From NCBI GenBank assembly GCA_964016885.1, contig OZ024744.1, forward strand, positions 131,750,001-131,814,000: 64,000 nucleotides of DNA, given 5' to 3'. Below the pieces are notes generated by a model that saw only the letters and a list, made by a program, of their open reading frames with translations, ran no database searches and was not told the origin of the DNA. Within the stretch, counting starts at the first letter, position 1; every line of letters begins with the position of its first letter. This DNA is from Eledone cirrhosa (taxonomy: Eukaryota). This document shows, one piece after another, positions 12,401-26,100 of the stretch. Both the position numbers and the translations under genes were made by a program.

Positions 12401-14914
12401 AGTTGGGGTTAAGTTAGATTGTGGTTAAGTTAAGTTGGGGTTAAGTTAAGTTGGGGTTAAGTTAAGTTGGGGTTAAGTTAAGGCGGGGTTAAGTTGAGTT
12501 GGTGTTAAGTTAAGTTGGGGTTAATTTAAGTTGGGGTTGAGTTAATTTTGGGTTAACTTAAGTTGGGGGTACTTAAGTTGGGTTTAAGTTAAGTGGGGTT
12601 AAGTTACTTTGGGGTTAAGTTAAGTTGGGGTTAAGTTAAGTTGGGGTTAAGTTAGGTTGTGGTTAAGTTAAGTTGGGGGTAAGTTAAGTTGGGGGTAAGT
12701 TAAGTTGGGGTTAATTTAAGTTGGGTCTAATTAAGTTGGGGTTAAGTTAAGTTGGGGTTAAGTTAAGTTGGGGTTGAGTTAAGTTGGTGTTAATTTAAGT
12801 TGGGGCTAAGTTAATTTGTGGTTAAGTTAAGTTGGGGTTAAGTTAAGTTGGGGTTAAGTTAAGTTGGGGCTGAGTTAAGTTGGGGTTGAGTTAATTTAGG
12901 GTTAAGTTAAGTTGGGGTTAAGTTAAGTTGGGGTTAAATTAAGTTGGGGTTAAGTTAAGTTGGGGGTAAGTTAAGTTGGGGTTAAGTTAAGTTGGGGCTA
13001 AGTTAAGTTGGGGCTGAGTTAAGTTGGGGTTAAGTTAAGTTGGGGTTAAGTTAAGTTGGGATTAAGTTAGGTTGTGGTTAAGTTAAGTTGGGGGTAAGTT
13101 AAGTTGGGGGTAAGTTAAGTTGGGGTTAATTTAAGTTGGGTCTAATTAAGTTGGGGTTAAGTTAAGTTGGGGTTAAGTTAAGTTGGGGTTGAGTTAAGTT
13201 GGGGTTAATTTAAGTTGGGGCTAAGTTAATTTGTGGTTAAGTTAAGTTGGGGTTAAGTTAAGTTGGGGTTAATTTAAGTTGGGGGTAAGTTAAGTTGGGG
13301 GCAAGTTAAGATGGGCTTAAGTTAAGTTGGGGTTAAATTAAGTTGGGGTTAAGTTAAGTTGGTGTTAAGTTAAGTTGGGGTTGAGTTAAGTTGGGGTTAA
13401 GTTAAGTTGGGTTTATATTAAGTTGGGGTTAAGTTAAGTTGGGGTTAAGTTAAGTTGGGGTTCAGTTAAGTTGCGGTTAATTTAAGTTGGGGTTAAGTTA
13501 AGTTGGGGTTAAGTTAAGTTGGGGTTAAGTTAAGTTGGGGTTAAGTTAAGTTGGTGTTAAGTTAAGTTGGGGCTAAGTTAAGTTGGGGCTGAGTTAAGTT
13601 GGGGCTGAGTTAAGTTGGGGTTAAGTTAAGTTGGGGTTGAGTTAAGTTGGGGTTAAGTTAAGTTGGGGTTAAGTTAAGTTGGGGTTAAGTTAAGTTGGGC
13701 TTAAGTTAAGTTGGGGTTTAGTTAAGTTGGGGTTCAGTTAAGTTGGGGTTAAGTTAAGTTTAGGTTAAGTTGGGGTTAAATTAATTTGGGGTTAAGTTAA
13801 GTTGGGGTTTAGTTAAGTTGGGGTTAAGTTAAGTTGGGGTTAATTTAAGTTGGGGTTAAGTTAAGTTGCGGGTAATTTAAGTTGGGGTTAAGTTAAGTTG
13901 GGGTTAAGTTAAGTTGGGGTTAAGTTAAGTTGGGGTTAAGTTAAGTTGGGGGTAAGTTAAGTTGGGGGTAAGTTAAGTTGGGGGTAAGTTAAGTTGGGGT
14001 TAAGTTAAGTTGGGGTTAAGTTAAGTTAGGGTTAAGTTAAGTTGGGGTTGAGTTAAATTGGGGTTAAGTTAAGTTGGGGTTAAGTTAAGTTGGGGTTAAA
14101 TTAAATTGGGGTTAAGTTAAGTTGGGGTTAAGTTAAGTTGGGGTTAAGTTAAGTTGGGGTTAAGTTAGATTGTGGTTAAGTTAAGTTGGGGTTAAGTTAA
14201 GTTGGGGTTAAGTTAAGTTGGGGTTAAGTTAAGGCGGGGTTAAGTTGAGTTGGTGTTAAGTTAAGTTGGGGTTAAGTTAAGTTGGGGTTGAGTTAATTTT
14301 GGGTTAACTTAAGTTGGGGGTACTTAAGTTGGGTTTAAGTTAAGTGGGGTTAAGTTAAGTTGGGGCTAAGTTAAGTTGGGGTTAAGTTAAGTTGGGATTA
14401 AATTAGGTTGTGGTTAAGTTAAGTTGGGGGTAAGTTAAGTTGGGGGTAAGTTAAGTTGGGGTTAATTTAAGTTGGGTCTAATTAAGTTGGGGTTAAGTTA
14501 AGTTGGGGTTAAGTTAAGTTGGGGTTGAGTTAATTTGGGGTTAACTTAAGTTGGGGGTACTTAAGTTGGGGTTAAGTTAAGTTGGGGTTAAGTTAAGTGG
14601 TGGTTATGTTAAGTTGGGGTTAAGTTAAGTTGGGGTTAATTTAAATTGGGGTTAAGTTAACTTTGTGGTTAAGTTAAGTTGGGGTTAAGTTAAGTTGGGG
14701 TTAAGTTAAGTTGGGGTTCAGTTAAGTTGCGGTTAAGTTAAGTTGGGGTTAAGTTAAGTTGGGGTCAAGTTAAGCTGGGGTTAAGTTAAGTTGGGGTTAA
14801 GTTAGGTTGGTTAGTTAAGTTGAGTTTTAGTTAAGTTGGGGTTAATTTAAGTTGGGTTTAAGTTAAGTTGGGGTTAAGTTAAGTTGGGGTTAAGTTAAGT
14901 TGGGGTTAAGTTAA
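3451..14914 (+). repeat. Tandem higher-order duplication, period 5,721 bp (two copies; repeated again at about 23784-35247)
   Basis: Rare variants recur at offset 5,721: the C of ATTGTCG at 5561/11282, AGTTACTTTG at 6881/12602, GAGTTTTAG at 9101/14822, GGGTTAAAAT at 3541/9262. Ends are approximate. Confidence 0.9.
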
Positions 14915-15062
14915 TTTGGGGTTCAGTTAAGTTGGGGTTAAGTCAAGTTGGGGATAAGTTGGGGTTAAATTAATTTGGGGTTAAGTTAAGTTGGGGTTAA
15001 GTTAAGTTGGGGTTAAGTTAAGTTGGGGTTAAGTTAATTTGTGGTTAAGTTAAGTTGGGGTT

Positions 15063-15487
15063 AACCCCAACTTCACTCAACCCCACCTTAACTCAACCCC
15101 AACTTAACTTAACCCCAACTTCACTCAACCCCAACTTAACTTAACCCCAACTTCACTCAACCCCAACTTAACTCAAACCCAACTTAACTTAACCCCAACT
15201 TAACTTAACCTTAACTTAACTTAACCCCGACTTAACTTAACTTCGACTTAACTTAACCCCAACTTAACTTAACCCCAACTTAACTTAACCCCAACTTAAC
15301 TTAACCACAAATTAACTTAACCCCAACTTAAATTAAACCCAACTTAAATTAACCCCAACTTAACTTAACCCCAACTTAACTTAACCCCAACTTAACTCAC
15401 ACCCAACTTAACTTACCCCCAACTTAACTTAACCCCAACTTGACTTAACCCCAACTTAACTTAACCCCAACTTAACTTAACCCCAAA
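15063..15487 (-). repeat. Inverted satellite island 2 (425 bp)
   Basis: C-rich orientation with the same two junctions as island 1. Confidence 0.97.
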
Positions 15488-16857
15488 TTCGGGGTTAAGT
15501 TAAGTTGGGGTTAAGTTAAGTTAGGCTTAACTTAAGTTGGGGTTAAGTTAAGTTGGGGGTAACTTAAGTTCTGGGTAAGTTAAGTTGGGGTTAAGTTGGG
15601 GTTAAGTTAAGTTAGGGTTAAGTTAAGTTGGGGTTGAGTTAAGTTGGGGTTAAGTTAAGTTGGGGTTAAGTTAAGTTGGGGTCAAGTTAAGTTGGGGTTA
15701 AAATTAAGTTGGGGTTAAGTCAAGTTGGGGTTAAGTTAAGTTGGGGTTAATTTAGTTGGGGTTAAGTTAAGTTGGGGCTAAGTTAAGTTGGGGCTAAGTT
15801 AAGTTGGGGCTAAGTTAAGTTGGGGTTAAGTTAAGTTGGGGTTAAGTTAAGTTGGGGTTAATTTAAATTGGGGTTAAGTTAACTTTGTGGTTAAGTTACG
15901 TTGGGGTTAAGTTAAGTTGGGGTTAAGTTAAGTTGGGGTTGAGTTAAGTTGGGGTTGAGTGAAGTTGGGGTTAAGTTAAGTTGGGGTTAAGTTAAGTTGG
16001 CGTTAAGTTAAGTTGGGGTTGAGTTAAGTTGGGGTTGAGTTAATTTAGGGTTAAGTTAAGTTGGGGTTAAGTTAAGTTGGGTTTAAATTAAGTTGGGGTT
16101 AAATTAAGTTGGGGTTAATTTAAGTTGGGGGTAAGTTAAGTTGGGGTTAAGTTAAGTTGGGGTTAAGTTAAGTTGGGGGTACTTAAGTTGGGTTTAAGTT
16201 AAGTGGGTTTAAGTTAAGTTGGGGTTAAGTTAAGTTGGCATTAAGTTAGGTTGTGGTTAAGTTAAGTTGGGGGTAAGTTAAGTTGGGAGTAAGTTAAGTT
16301 GGGGTTAATTTAGGTTGGGTCTAATTAAGTTGGGGTTAAGATAAGTTGGGGTTAAGTTAAGTTGGGGTTGAGTTAATTTGGGGTTAACTTAAGTTGGGGG
16401 TACTTAAGTTGGGGTTAAGTTAAGTTGGGGTTAAGTTAAGTGGTGGTTATGTTAAGTTGGGGTTAAGTTAAGTTGGGGTTAATTTAAATTGGGGTTAAGT
16501 TAACTTTGTGGTTAAGTTAAGTTGGGGTTAAGTTAAGTTGGGGTTCAGTTAAGTTGCGGTTAAGTTAAGTTGGGGTTAAGTTAAGTTGGGGTTAAGTTAG
16601 GTTGGTTAGTTAAGTTGAGTTTAAGTTAAGTTGGGGTTAATTTAAGTTGGGTTTAAGTTAAGTTGGGGTTAAGTTAAGTTGGGGTTAAGTTAAGTTGGGG
16701 TTAAGTTAATTTGGGGTTCAGTTAAGTTGGGGTTAAGTCAAGTTGGGGTTAAGTTGGGGTTAAATTAATTTGGGGTTAAGTTAAGTTGGGGTTAAGTTAA
16801 GTTGGGGTTAAGTTAAGTTGGGGTTAAGTTAATTTGTGGTTAAGTTAAGTTGGGGTT

Positions 16858-17266
16858 AACCCCAACTTCACTCAACCCCACCTTAACTCAACCCCAACTT
16901 AACTTAACCCCAACTTCACTCAACCCCAACTTAACTTAACCCCAACTTCACTCAACCCCAACTTAACTCAAACCCAACTTAACTTAACCCCAACTTAACT
17001 TAACCCCAACTTAACTTAACCCCGACTTAACTTAACTTCGACTTAACTTAACCCCAACTTAACTTAACCCCAACTTAACTTAACCCCAACTTAACTTAAC
17101 CACAAATTAACTTAACCCCAACTTAAATTAACCCCAACTTAAATTAACCCCAACTTAACTTAACCCCAACTTAACTCACACCCAACTTAACTTACCCCCA
17201 ACTTAACTTAACTCCAACTTGACTTAACCCCAACTTAACTTAACCCTAACTTAACTTAACCCCAAA
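16858..17266 (-). repeat. Inverted satellite island 3 (409 bp, one monomer shorter)
   Basis: C-rich orientation with the same junctions. Confidence 0.97.
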
Positions 17267-18452
17267 TTCGGGGTTAAGTTAAGTTGGGGTTAAGTTAAGT
17301 TAGGCTTAACTTAAGTTGGGGTTAAGTTAAGTTGGGGTTAAGTTAAGTTAAGGTTAAGTTAAGTTGGGGTTGAGTTAAGTTGGGGTTAAGTTAAGTTGGG
17401 GTTAAGTTAAGTTGGGGTCAAGTTAAGTTGGGGTTAAAATTAAGTTGGGGTTAAGTCAAGTTGGGGTTAAGTTAAGTTGGGGTTAATTTAGTTGGGGTTA
17501 AGTTAAGTTGGGGCTAAGTTAAGTTGGGGCTAAGTTAAGTTGGGGCTAAGTTAAGTTGGGGTTAAGTTAAGTTGGGGTTAAGTTAAGTTGGGGTTAATTT
17601 AAATTGGGGTTAAGTTAACTTTGTGGTTAAGTTACGTTGGGGTTAAGTTAAGTTGGGGTTAAGTTAAGTTGGGGTTGAGTTAAGTTGGGGTTGAGTGAAG
17701 TTGGGGTTAAGTTAAGTTGGGGTTAAGTTAAGTTGGCGTTAAGTTAAGTTGGGGTTGAGTTAAGTTGGGGTTGAGTTAATTTAGGGTTAAGTTAAGTTGG
17801 GGTTAAGTTAAGTTGGGTTTAAATTAAGTTGGGGTTAAATTAAGTTGGGGTTAATTTAAGTTGGGGGTAAGTTAAGTTGGGGTTAAGTTAAGTTGGGGTT
17901 AAGTTAAGTTGGGGTTAAGTTAAGTTGGGGTCAAGTTAAGTTGGGGTTAAAATTAAGTTGGGGTTAAGTCAAGTTGGGGTTAAGTTAATTTGGGGTTAAT
18001 TTAGTTGGGGTTAAGTTAAGTTGGGGCTAAGTTAAGTTGGGGCTAAGTTAAGTTGGGGCTAAGTTAAGTTGGGGTTAATTTAAGTTGGGGTTAAGTTAAG
18101 GTGGGGTTCAGTTAAGTTGCGGTTAAGTTAAGTTGGGGTTAAGTTAAGTTGGGGTTAAGTTAAGTTGGGGTTAAGTTAAGTTGGGGTTCAGTTAAGTTGC
18201 GGTTAAGTTAAGTTGGGGTTAAGTTAAGTTGGGGTTAAGTTAAGTCGGGGTTAAGTTAAGTTGGGGTCAAGTTAAGTTGGGGTTAAGTTAAGTTGGGGTT
18301 AAGTTAAGTTGGTTAGTTAAGTTGAGTTTAAGTGAAGTTGGGGTTAATTTAAGTTGGGGTTAAGTTGGGGTTAAATTAATTTGGGGTTAAGTTAAGTTGG
18401 GGTTAAGTTAAGTTGGGGTTAAGTTAATTTGTGGTTAAGTTAAGTTGGGGTT

Positions 18453-18877
18453 AACCCCAACTTCACTCAACCCCACCTTAACTCAACCCCAACTTAACTT
18501 AACCCCAACTTCACTCAACCCCAACTTAACTTAACCCCAACTTCACTCAACCCCAACTTAACTCAAACCCAACTTAACTTAACCCCAACTTAACTTAACC
18601 CTAACTTAACTTAACCCCGACTTAACTTAACTTCGACTTAACTTAACCCCAACTTAAATTAACCCCAACTTAACTTAACCCCAACTTAACTTAACCACAA
18701 ATTAACTTAACCCCAACTTAAATTAACCCCAACTTAAATTAACCCCAACTTAACTGAACCCCAACTTAACTTAACCCCAACTTAACTCACACCCAACTTA
18801 ACTTACCCCCAACTTAACTTAACCCCAACTTGACTTAACCCCAACTTAACTTAACCCCAACTTAACTTAACCCCAAA
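18453..18877 (-). repeat. Inverted satellite island 4 (425 bp)
   Basis: C-rich orientation with the same junctions; carries a CTGAAC variant shared with island 8. Confidence 0.97.
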
Positions 18878-21800
18878 TTCGGGGTTAAGTTAAGTTGGGG
18901 TTAAGTTAAGTTAGGCTTAACTTAAGTTGGGGTTAAGTTAAGTTGGGGGTAACTTAAGTTCTGGGTAAGTTAAGTTGGGGTTAAGTTGGGGTTAAGTTAA
19001 GTTAGGGTTAAGTTAAGTTGGGGTTGAGTTAAGTTGGGGTTAAGTTAAGTTGGGGTTAAGTTAAGTTGGGGTCAAGTTAAGTTGGGGTTAAAATTAAGTT
19101 GGGGTTAAGTCAAGTTGGGGTTAAGTTAAGTTGGGGTTAATTTAGTTGGGGTTAAGTTAAGTTGGGGCTAAGTTAAGTTGGGGCTAAGTTAAGTTGGGGC
19201 TAAGTTAAGTTGGGGTTAAGTTAAGTTGGGGTTAAGTTAAGTTGGGGTTAATTTAAATTGGGGTTAAGTTAACTTTGTGGTTAAGTTACGTTGGGGTTAA
19301 GTTAAGTTGGGGTTAAGTTAAGTTGGGGTTGAGTTAAGTTGGGGTTGAGTGAAGTTGGGGTTAAGTTAAGTTGGGGTTAAGTTAAGTTGGCGTTAAGTTA
19401 AGTTGGGGTTGAGTTAAGTTGGGGTTGAGTTAATTTAGGGTTAAGTTAAGTTGGGGTTAAGTTAAGTTGGGTTTAAATTAAGTTGGGGTTAAATTAAGTT
19501 GGGGTTAATTTAAGTTGGGGGTAAGTTAAGTTGGGGTTAAGTTAAGTTGGGGTTAAGTTAAGTTGGGGTTAAGTTAAGTTGGGGTCAAGTTAAGTTGGGG
19601 TTAAGTTAAGTTTAGGTTAAGTTGGGGTTAAATTAATTTGGGGTTAAGTTAAGTTGGGGTTTAGTTAAGTTGGGGTTAAGTTAAGTTGGGGTTAATTTAA
19701 GTTGGGGTTAAGTTAAGTTGCGGGTAATTTAAGTTAGGGTTAAGTTAAATTGGGGTTAAGTTAAGTTGGGGTTAAGTTAAGTTGGGGTTAAGTTAAGTTG
19801 GGGGTAAGTTAAGTTGGGGGTAAGTTAAGTTGGGGGTAAGTTAAGTTGGGGTTAAGTTAAGTTGGGGTTAAGTTAAGTTAGGGTTAAGTTAAGTTGGGGT
19901 TGAGTTAAATTGGGGTTAAGTTAAGTTGGGGTTATGTTAAGTTGGGGTTAAGTTAAGTTGCGGTTAAGTTAAGTTGGGGTTAAGTTAAGTTGGGGTTAAG
20001 TTAAATTGGGGTTAAGTTAAGTTGGGGTTAAGTTAAGTTGGGGTTAAGTTAAGTTGGGGTTAAGTTAGATTGTGGTTAAGTTAAGTTGGGGTTAAGTTAA
20101 GTTGGGGTTAAGTTAAGTTGGGGTTAAGTTAAGGCGGGGTTAAGTTGAGTTGGTGTTAAGTTAAGTTGGGGTTAAGTTAAGTTGGGGTTGAGTTAATTTT
20201 GGGTTAACTTAAGTTGGGGGTACTTAAGTTGGGTTTAAGTTAAGTGGGGTTAAGTTAAGTTGGGGTTAAGTTAAGTTGGGGTTAAGTTAAGTTGGCGTTA
20301 AGTTAAGTTGGGGTTGAGTTAAGTTGGGGTTGAGTTAATTTAGGGTTAAGTTAAGTTGGGGTTAAGTTAAGTTGGGTTTAAATTAAGTTGGGGTTAAATT
20401 AAGTTGGGGTAAATTTAAGTTGGGGGTAAGTTAAGTTGGGGTTAAGTTAAGTTGGGGCTGAGTTAAGTTGGGGTTGAGTTAATTTAGGGTTAAGTTAAGT
20501 TGGGGTTAAGTTAAGTTGGGTTTAAGTTAAGTTGGGGTTAAATTAAGTTGGGGTTAAGTTAAGTTGGGGGTAAGTTAAGTGGGGTTAAGTTAAGTTGGGG
20601 CTAAGTTAAGTTGGGGCTGAGTTAAGTTGGGGTTAAGTTAAGTTGGGGTTAAGTTAAGTTGGGGTTAAGTTAGGTTGTGGTTAAGTTAAGTTGGGGGTAA
20701 GTTAAGTTGGGGATAAGTTAAGTTGGGGTTAATTTAAGTTGGGTCTAATTAAGTTGGGGTTAAGTTAAGTTGGGGTTAAGTTAAGTTGGGATTGAGTTAA
20801 GTTGGGGTTAATTTAAGTTGGGGCTAAGTTAATTTGTGGTTAAGTTAAGTTGGGGTTAAGTTAAGTTGGGGTTAATTTAAGTTGGGGGTAAGTTAAGTTG
20901 GGGGCAAGTTAAGATGGGGTTAAGTTAAGTTGGGGTTAAATTAAGTTGGGGTTAAGTTAAGTTGGTGTTAAGTTAAGTTGGGGTTGAGTTAAGTTGGGGT
21001 TAAGTTAAGTTGGGTTTATATTAAGTTGGGGTTAAGTTAAGTTGGGGTTAAGTTAAGTTGGGGTTCAGTTAAGTTGCGGTTAATTTAAGTTGGGGTTAAG
21101 TTAAGTTGGGGTTAAGTTAAGTTGGGGTTAAGTTAAGTTGGGGTTAAGTTAAGTTGGTGTTAAGTTAAGTTGGGGCTAAGTTAAGTTGGGGCTGAGTTAA
21201 GTTGGGGCTGAGTTAAGTTGGGGTTAAGTTAAGTTGGGGTTGAGTTAAGTTGGGGTTAAGTTAAGTTGGGGTTAAGTTGAGTTGGGGTTAAGTTAAGTTG
21301 GGGTTTAGTTAAGTTGGGGTTCAGTTAAGTTGGGGTTAAGTTAAGTTTAGGTTAAGTTGGGGTTAAATTAATTTGGGGTTAAGTTAAGTTGGGGTTTAGT
21401 TAAGTTGGGGTTAAGTTAAGTTGGGGTTAATTTAAGTTGGGGTTAAGTTAAGTTGCGGGTAATTTAAGTTAGGGTTAAGTTAAATTGGGGTTAAGTTAAG
21501 TTGGGGTTAAGTTAAGTTGGGGTTAAGTTAAGTTGGGGGTAAGTTAAGTTGGGGGTAAGTTAAGTTGGGGGTAAGTTAAGTTGGGGTTAAGTTAAGTTGG
21601 GGTTGAGTTAAGTTAGGGTTAAGTTAAGTTGGGGTTGAGTTAAATTGGGGTTAAGTTAAGTTGGGGTTATGTTAAGTTGGGGTTAAGTTAAGTTGCGGTT
21701 AAGTTAAGTTGGGGTTAAGTTAAGTTGGGGTTAAGTTAAATTGGGGTTAAGTTAAGTTGGGGTTAAGTTAAGTTGGGGTTAAGTTAAGTTGGGGTTAAGT

Positions 21801-22696
21801 TAGATTGTGGTTAAGTTAAGTTGGGGTTAAGTTAAGTTGGGGTTAAGTTAAGTTGGGGTTAAGTTAAGGCGGGGTTAAGTTGAGTTGGTGTTAAGTTAAG
21901 TTGGGGTTAAGTTAAGTTGGGGTTGAGTTAATTTTGGGTTAACTTAAGTTGGGGGTACTTAAGTTGGGTTTAAGTTAAGTGGGGTTAAGTTAAGTTGGGG
22001 TTAAGTTAAGTTGGGGTTAAGTTAAGTTGGGATTAAGTTAGGTTGTGGTTAAGTTAAGTTGGGGGTAAGTTAAGTTGGGGGTAAGTTAAGTTGGGGTTAA
22101 TTTAAGTTGGGTCTAATTAAGTTGGGGTTAAGTTAAGTTGGGGTTAAGTTAAGTTGGGGTTGAGTTAATTTGGGGTTAACTTAAGTTGGGGGTACTTAAG
22201 TTGGGGTTAAGTTAAGTTGGGGTTAAGTTAAGTGGTGGTTATGTTAAGTTGGGGTTAAGTTAAGTTGGGGTTAATTTAAATTGGGGTTAAGTTAACTTTG
22301 TGGTTAAGTTAAGTTGGGGTTAAGTTAAGTTGGGGTTAAGTTAAGTTGGGGTTCAGTTAAGTTGCGGTTAAGTTAAGTTGGGGTTAAGTTAAGTTGGGGT
22401 CAAGTTAAGCTGGGGTTAAGTTAAGTTGGGGTTAAGTTAGGTTGGTTAGTTAAGTTGAGTTTTAGTTAAGTTGGGGTTAATTTAAGTTGGGTTTAAGTTA
22501 AGTTGGGGTTAAGTTAAGTTGGGGTTAAGTTAAGTTGGGGTTAAGTTAATTTGGGGTTCAGTTAAGTTGGGGTTAAGTCAAGTTGGGGTTAAGTTGGGGT
22601 TAAATTAATTTGGGGTAAGTTAAGTTGGGGTTAAGTTAAGTTGGGGTTAAGTTAAGTTGGGGTTAAGTTAATTTGTGGTTAAGTTAAGTTGGGGTT

Positions 22697-23121
22697 AACC
22701 CCAACTTCACTCAACCCCACCTTAACTCAACCCCAATTTAACTTAACCCCAACTTCACTCAACCCCAACTTAACTTAACCCCAACTTCACTCAACCCCAA
22801 CTTAACTCAAACCCAACTTAACTTAACCCCAACTTAACTTAACCTTAACTTAACTTAACCCCGACTTAACTTAACTTCGACTTAACTTAACCCCAACTTA
22901 ACTTAACCCCAACTTAACTTAACCCCAACTTAACTTAACCACAAATTAACTTAACCCCAACTTAAATTAACCCCAACTTAAATTAACCCCAACTTAACTT
23001 AACCCCAACTTAACTTAACCCCAACTTAACTCACACCCAACTTAACTTACCCCCAACTTAACTTAACCCCAACTTGACTTAACCCCAACTTAACTTAACC
23101 CCAACTTAACTTAACCCCAAA
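22697..23121 (-). repeat. Inverted satellite island 5 (425 bp; copy of island 1)
   Basis: Same junctions; shares the CCCCAATTTAAC variant with island 1. Confidence 0.97.
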
Positions 23122-26100
23122 TTCGGGGTTAAGTTAAGTTGGGGTTAAGTTAAGTTAGGCTTAACTTAAGTTGGGGTTAAGTTAAGTTGGGGGTAAGTTA
23201 AGTTCTGGGTAAGTTAAGTTGGGGTTAAGTTAAGTTGGGGTTAAGTTGGGGTTAAGTTAAGTTAGGGTTAAGTTAAGTTGGGGTTGAGTTAAGTTGGGGT
23301 TAAGTTAAGTTGGGGTTAAGTTAAGTTGGGGTCAAGTTAAGTTGGGGTTAAAATTAAGTTGGGGTTAAGTCAAGTTGGGGTTAAGTTAAGTTGGGGTTAA
23401 TTTAGTTGGGGTTAAGTTAAGTTGGGGCTAAGTTAAGTTGGGGCTAAGTTAAGTTATGGCTAAGTTAAGTTGGGGTTAAGTTAAGTTGGGGTTAAGTTAA
23501 GTTGGGGTTAATTTAAATTGGGGTTAAGTTAACTTTGTGGTTAAGTTAAGTTGGGGTTAAGTTAAGTTGGGGTTAAGTTAAGTTGGGGTTGAGTTAAGTT
23601 GGGGTTGAGTGAAGTTGGGGTTAAGTTAAGTTGGGGTTAAGTTAAGTTGGCGTTAAGTTAAGTTGGGGTTGAGTTAAGTTGGGGTTGAGTTAATTTAGGG
23701 TTAAGTTAAGTTGGGGTTAAGTTAAGTTGGGTTTAAATTAAGTTGGGGTTAAATTAAGTTGGGGTAAATTTAAGTTGGGGGTAAGTTAAGTTGGGGTTAA
23801 GTTAAGTTGGGGTTAAGTTAAGTTGGGGTTAAGTTAAGTTGGGGTTAAGTTAAGTTGGGGTCAAGTTAAGTTGGGGTTAAAATTAAGTTGGGGTTTAGTT
23901 AAGTTGGGGTTCAGTTAAGTTGGGGTTAAGATAAGTTTAGGTTAAGTTGGGGTTAAATTAATTTGGGGTTAAGTTAAGTTGGGGTTTAGTTAAGTTGGGG
24001 TTAAGTTAAGTTGGGGTTAATTTAAGTTGGGGTTAAGTTAAGTTGCGGGTAATTTAAGTTGGGGTTAAGTTAAGTTGGGGTTAAGTTAAGTTGGGGTTAA
24101 GTTAAGTTGGGGGTAAGTTAAGTTGGGGGTAAGTTAAGTTGGGGGTAAGTTAAGTTGGGGTTAAGTTAAGTTGGGGTTAAGTTAAGTTAGGGTTAAGTTA
24201 AGTTGGGGTTGAGTTAAGTTGGGGTTAATTTAAGTTGGGGTTATGTTAAGTTGGGGTTAAGTTAAATTGGGGTTAAGTTAAGTTGGGGTTAAGTTAAGTT
24301 GGGGTTAAGTTAAGTTGGGGTTAAGTTAGATTGTGGTTAAGTTAAGTTGGGGTTAAGTTAAGTTGGGGTTAATTTAAGTTGGGGTTAAGTTAAGGCGGGG
24401 TTAAGTTGAGTTGGTGTTAAGTTAAGTTGGGGTTAAGTTAAGTTGGGGTTGAGTTAATTTTGGGTTAACTTAAGTTGGGGGTACTTAAGTTGGGTTTAAG
24501 TTAAGTGGGGTTAAGTTAAGTTGGGGTTAAGTTAAGTTGGGGTTTAGTTAAGTTGGGGTTAAGTTAGGTTGTGGTTAAGTTAAGTTGGGGGTAAGTTAAG
24601 TTGGGGGTAAGTTAAGTTGGGGTTAATTTAAGTTGGGTCTAATTAAGTTGGGGTTAAGTTAAGTTGGGGTTAAGTAAAGTTGGGGTTGAGTTAAGTTGGG
24701 GTTAATTTAAGTTGGGGCTAAGTTAATTTGTGGTTAAGTTAAGTTGGGGTTAAGTTAAGTTGGGGTTAAGTTAAGTTGGGGCTGAGTTAAGTTGGGGTTG
24801 AGTTAATTTAGGGTTAAGTTAAGTTGGGGTTAAGTTAAGTTGGGTTTAAGTTAAGTTGGGGTTAAATTAAGTTGGGGTTAAGTTAAGTTGGGGGTAAGTT
24901 AAGTTGGGGGCAAGTTAAGTTGGGGTTAAGTTAAGTTGGGGTTAAATTAAGTTGGGGTTAAGTTAAGTTGGTGTTAAGTTAAGTTGGGGTTTATTTAAGT
25001 TGGGGTTAATTAAGTTGGGGTTAAGTTTAGTTGGGGTTAAGTTAAGTTGGGGTTAATTTAAGTTGGGGTTGAGTTAAGTTGGGGTTAAGTTAAGTTGGGT
25101 TTATATTAAGTTGGGGTTAAGTTAAGTTGGGGTTAAGTTAAGTTGGGGTTCAGTTAAGTTGCGGTTAAGTTAAGTTGGGGTTAAGTTAAGTTGGGGTTAA
25201 GTTAAGTTGGGGTTAAGTTAAGTTGGTGTTAAGTTAAGTTGGGGCTAAGTTAAGTTGGGGCTGAGTTAAGTTGGGGCTGAGTTAAGTTGGGGTTAAGTTA
25301 AGTTGGGGTTGAGTTAAGTTGGGGTTAAGTTAAGTTGGGGTTAAGTTAAGTTGGGGTTAAGTTAAGTTGGGGTTAAGTTAAGTTGGGGTTTAGTTAAGTT
25401 GGGGTTCAGGTAAGTTGGGGTTAAGTTAAGTTTAGGTTAAGTTGGGGTTAAATTAATTTGGGTTTAAGTTAAGTTGGGGTTTAGTTAAGTTGGGCTTAAG
25501 TTAAGTTGGGGTTAATTTAAGTTGGGGTTAAGTTAAGTTGCGGGTAATTTAAGTTGGGGTTAAGTTAAGTTGGGGTTAAGTTAAGTTGGGGTTAAGTTAA
25601 GTTAGGGTTAAGTTAAGTTGGGGGTAAGTTAAGTTGGGGGTAAGTTAAGTTGGGGGTAAGTTAAGTTGGGGTTAAGTTAAGTTGGGGTTAAGTTAAGTTA
25701 GGGTTAAGTTAAGTTGGGGTTGAGTTAAATTGGGGTTAAGTTAAGTTGGGGTTATATTAAGTTGGGGTTAAGTTAAGTTGCGGTTAAGTTAAGTTGGGGT
25801 TAAGTTAAGTTGGGGTAAAGTTAAATTGGGGTTAAGTTAAGTTGGGGTTAAGTTAAGTTGGGGTTAATTTAAGTTGGGGTTAAGTTAGATTGTCGTTAAG
25901 TTAAGTTGGGGTTAAGTTAAGTTGGGGTTAAGTTAAGGCGGGGTTAAGTTGAGTTGGTGTTAAGTTAAGTTGGGGTTAAGTTAAGTTGGGGTTGAGTTAA
26001 TTTTGGGTTAACTTAAGTTGGGGGTACTTAAGTTGGGTTTAAGTTAAGTGGGGTTAAGTTAAGTTGGGGTTAAGTTAAGTTGGCATTAAGTTAGGTTGTG

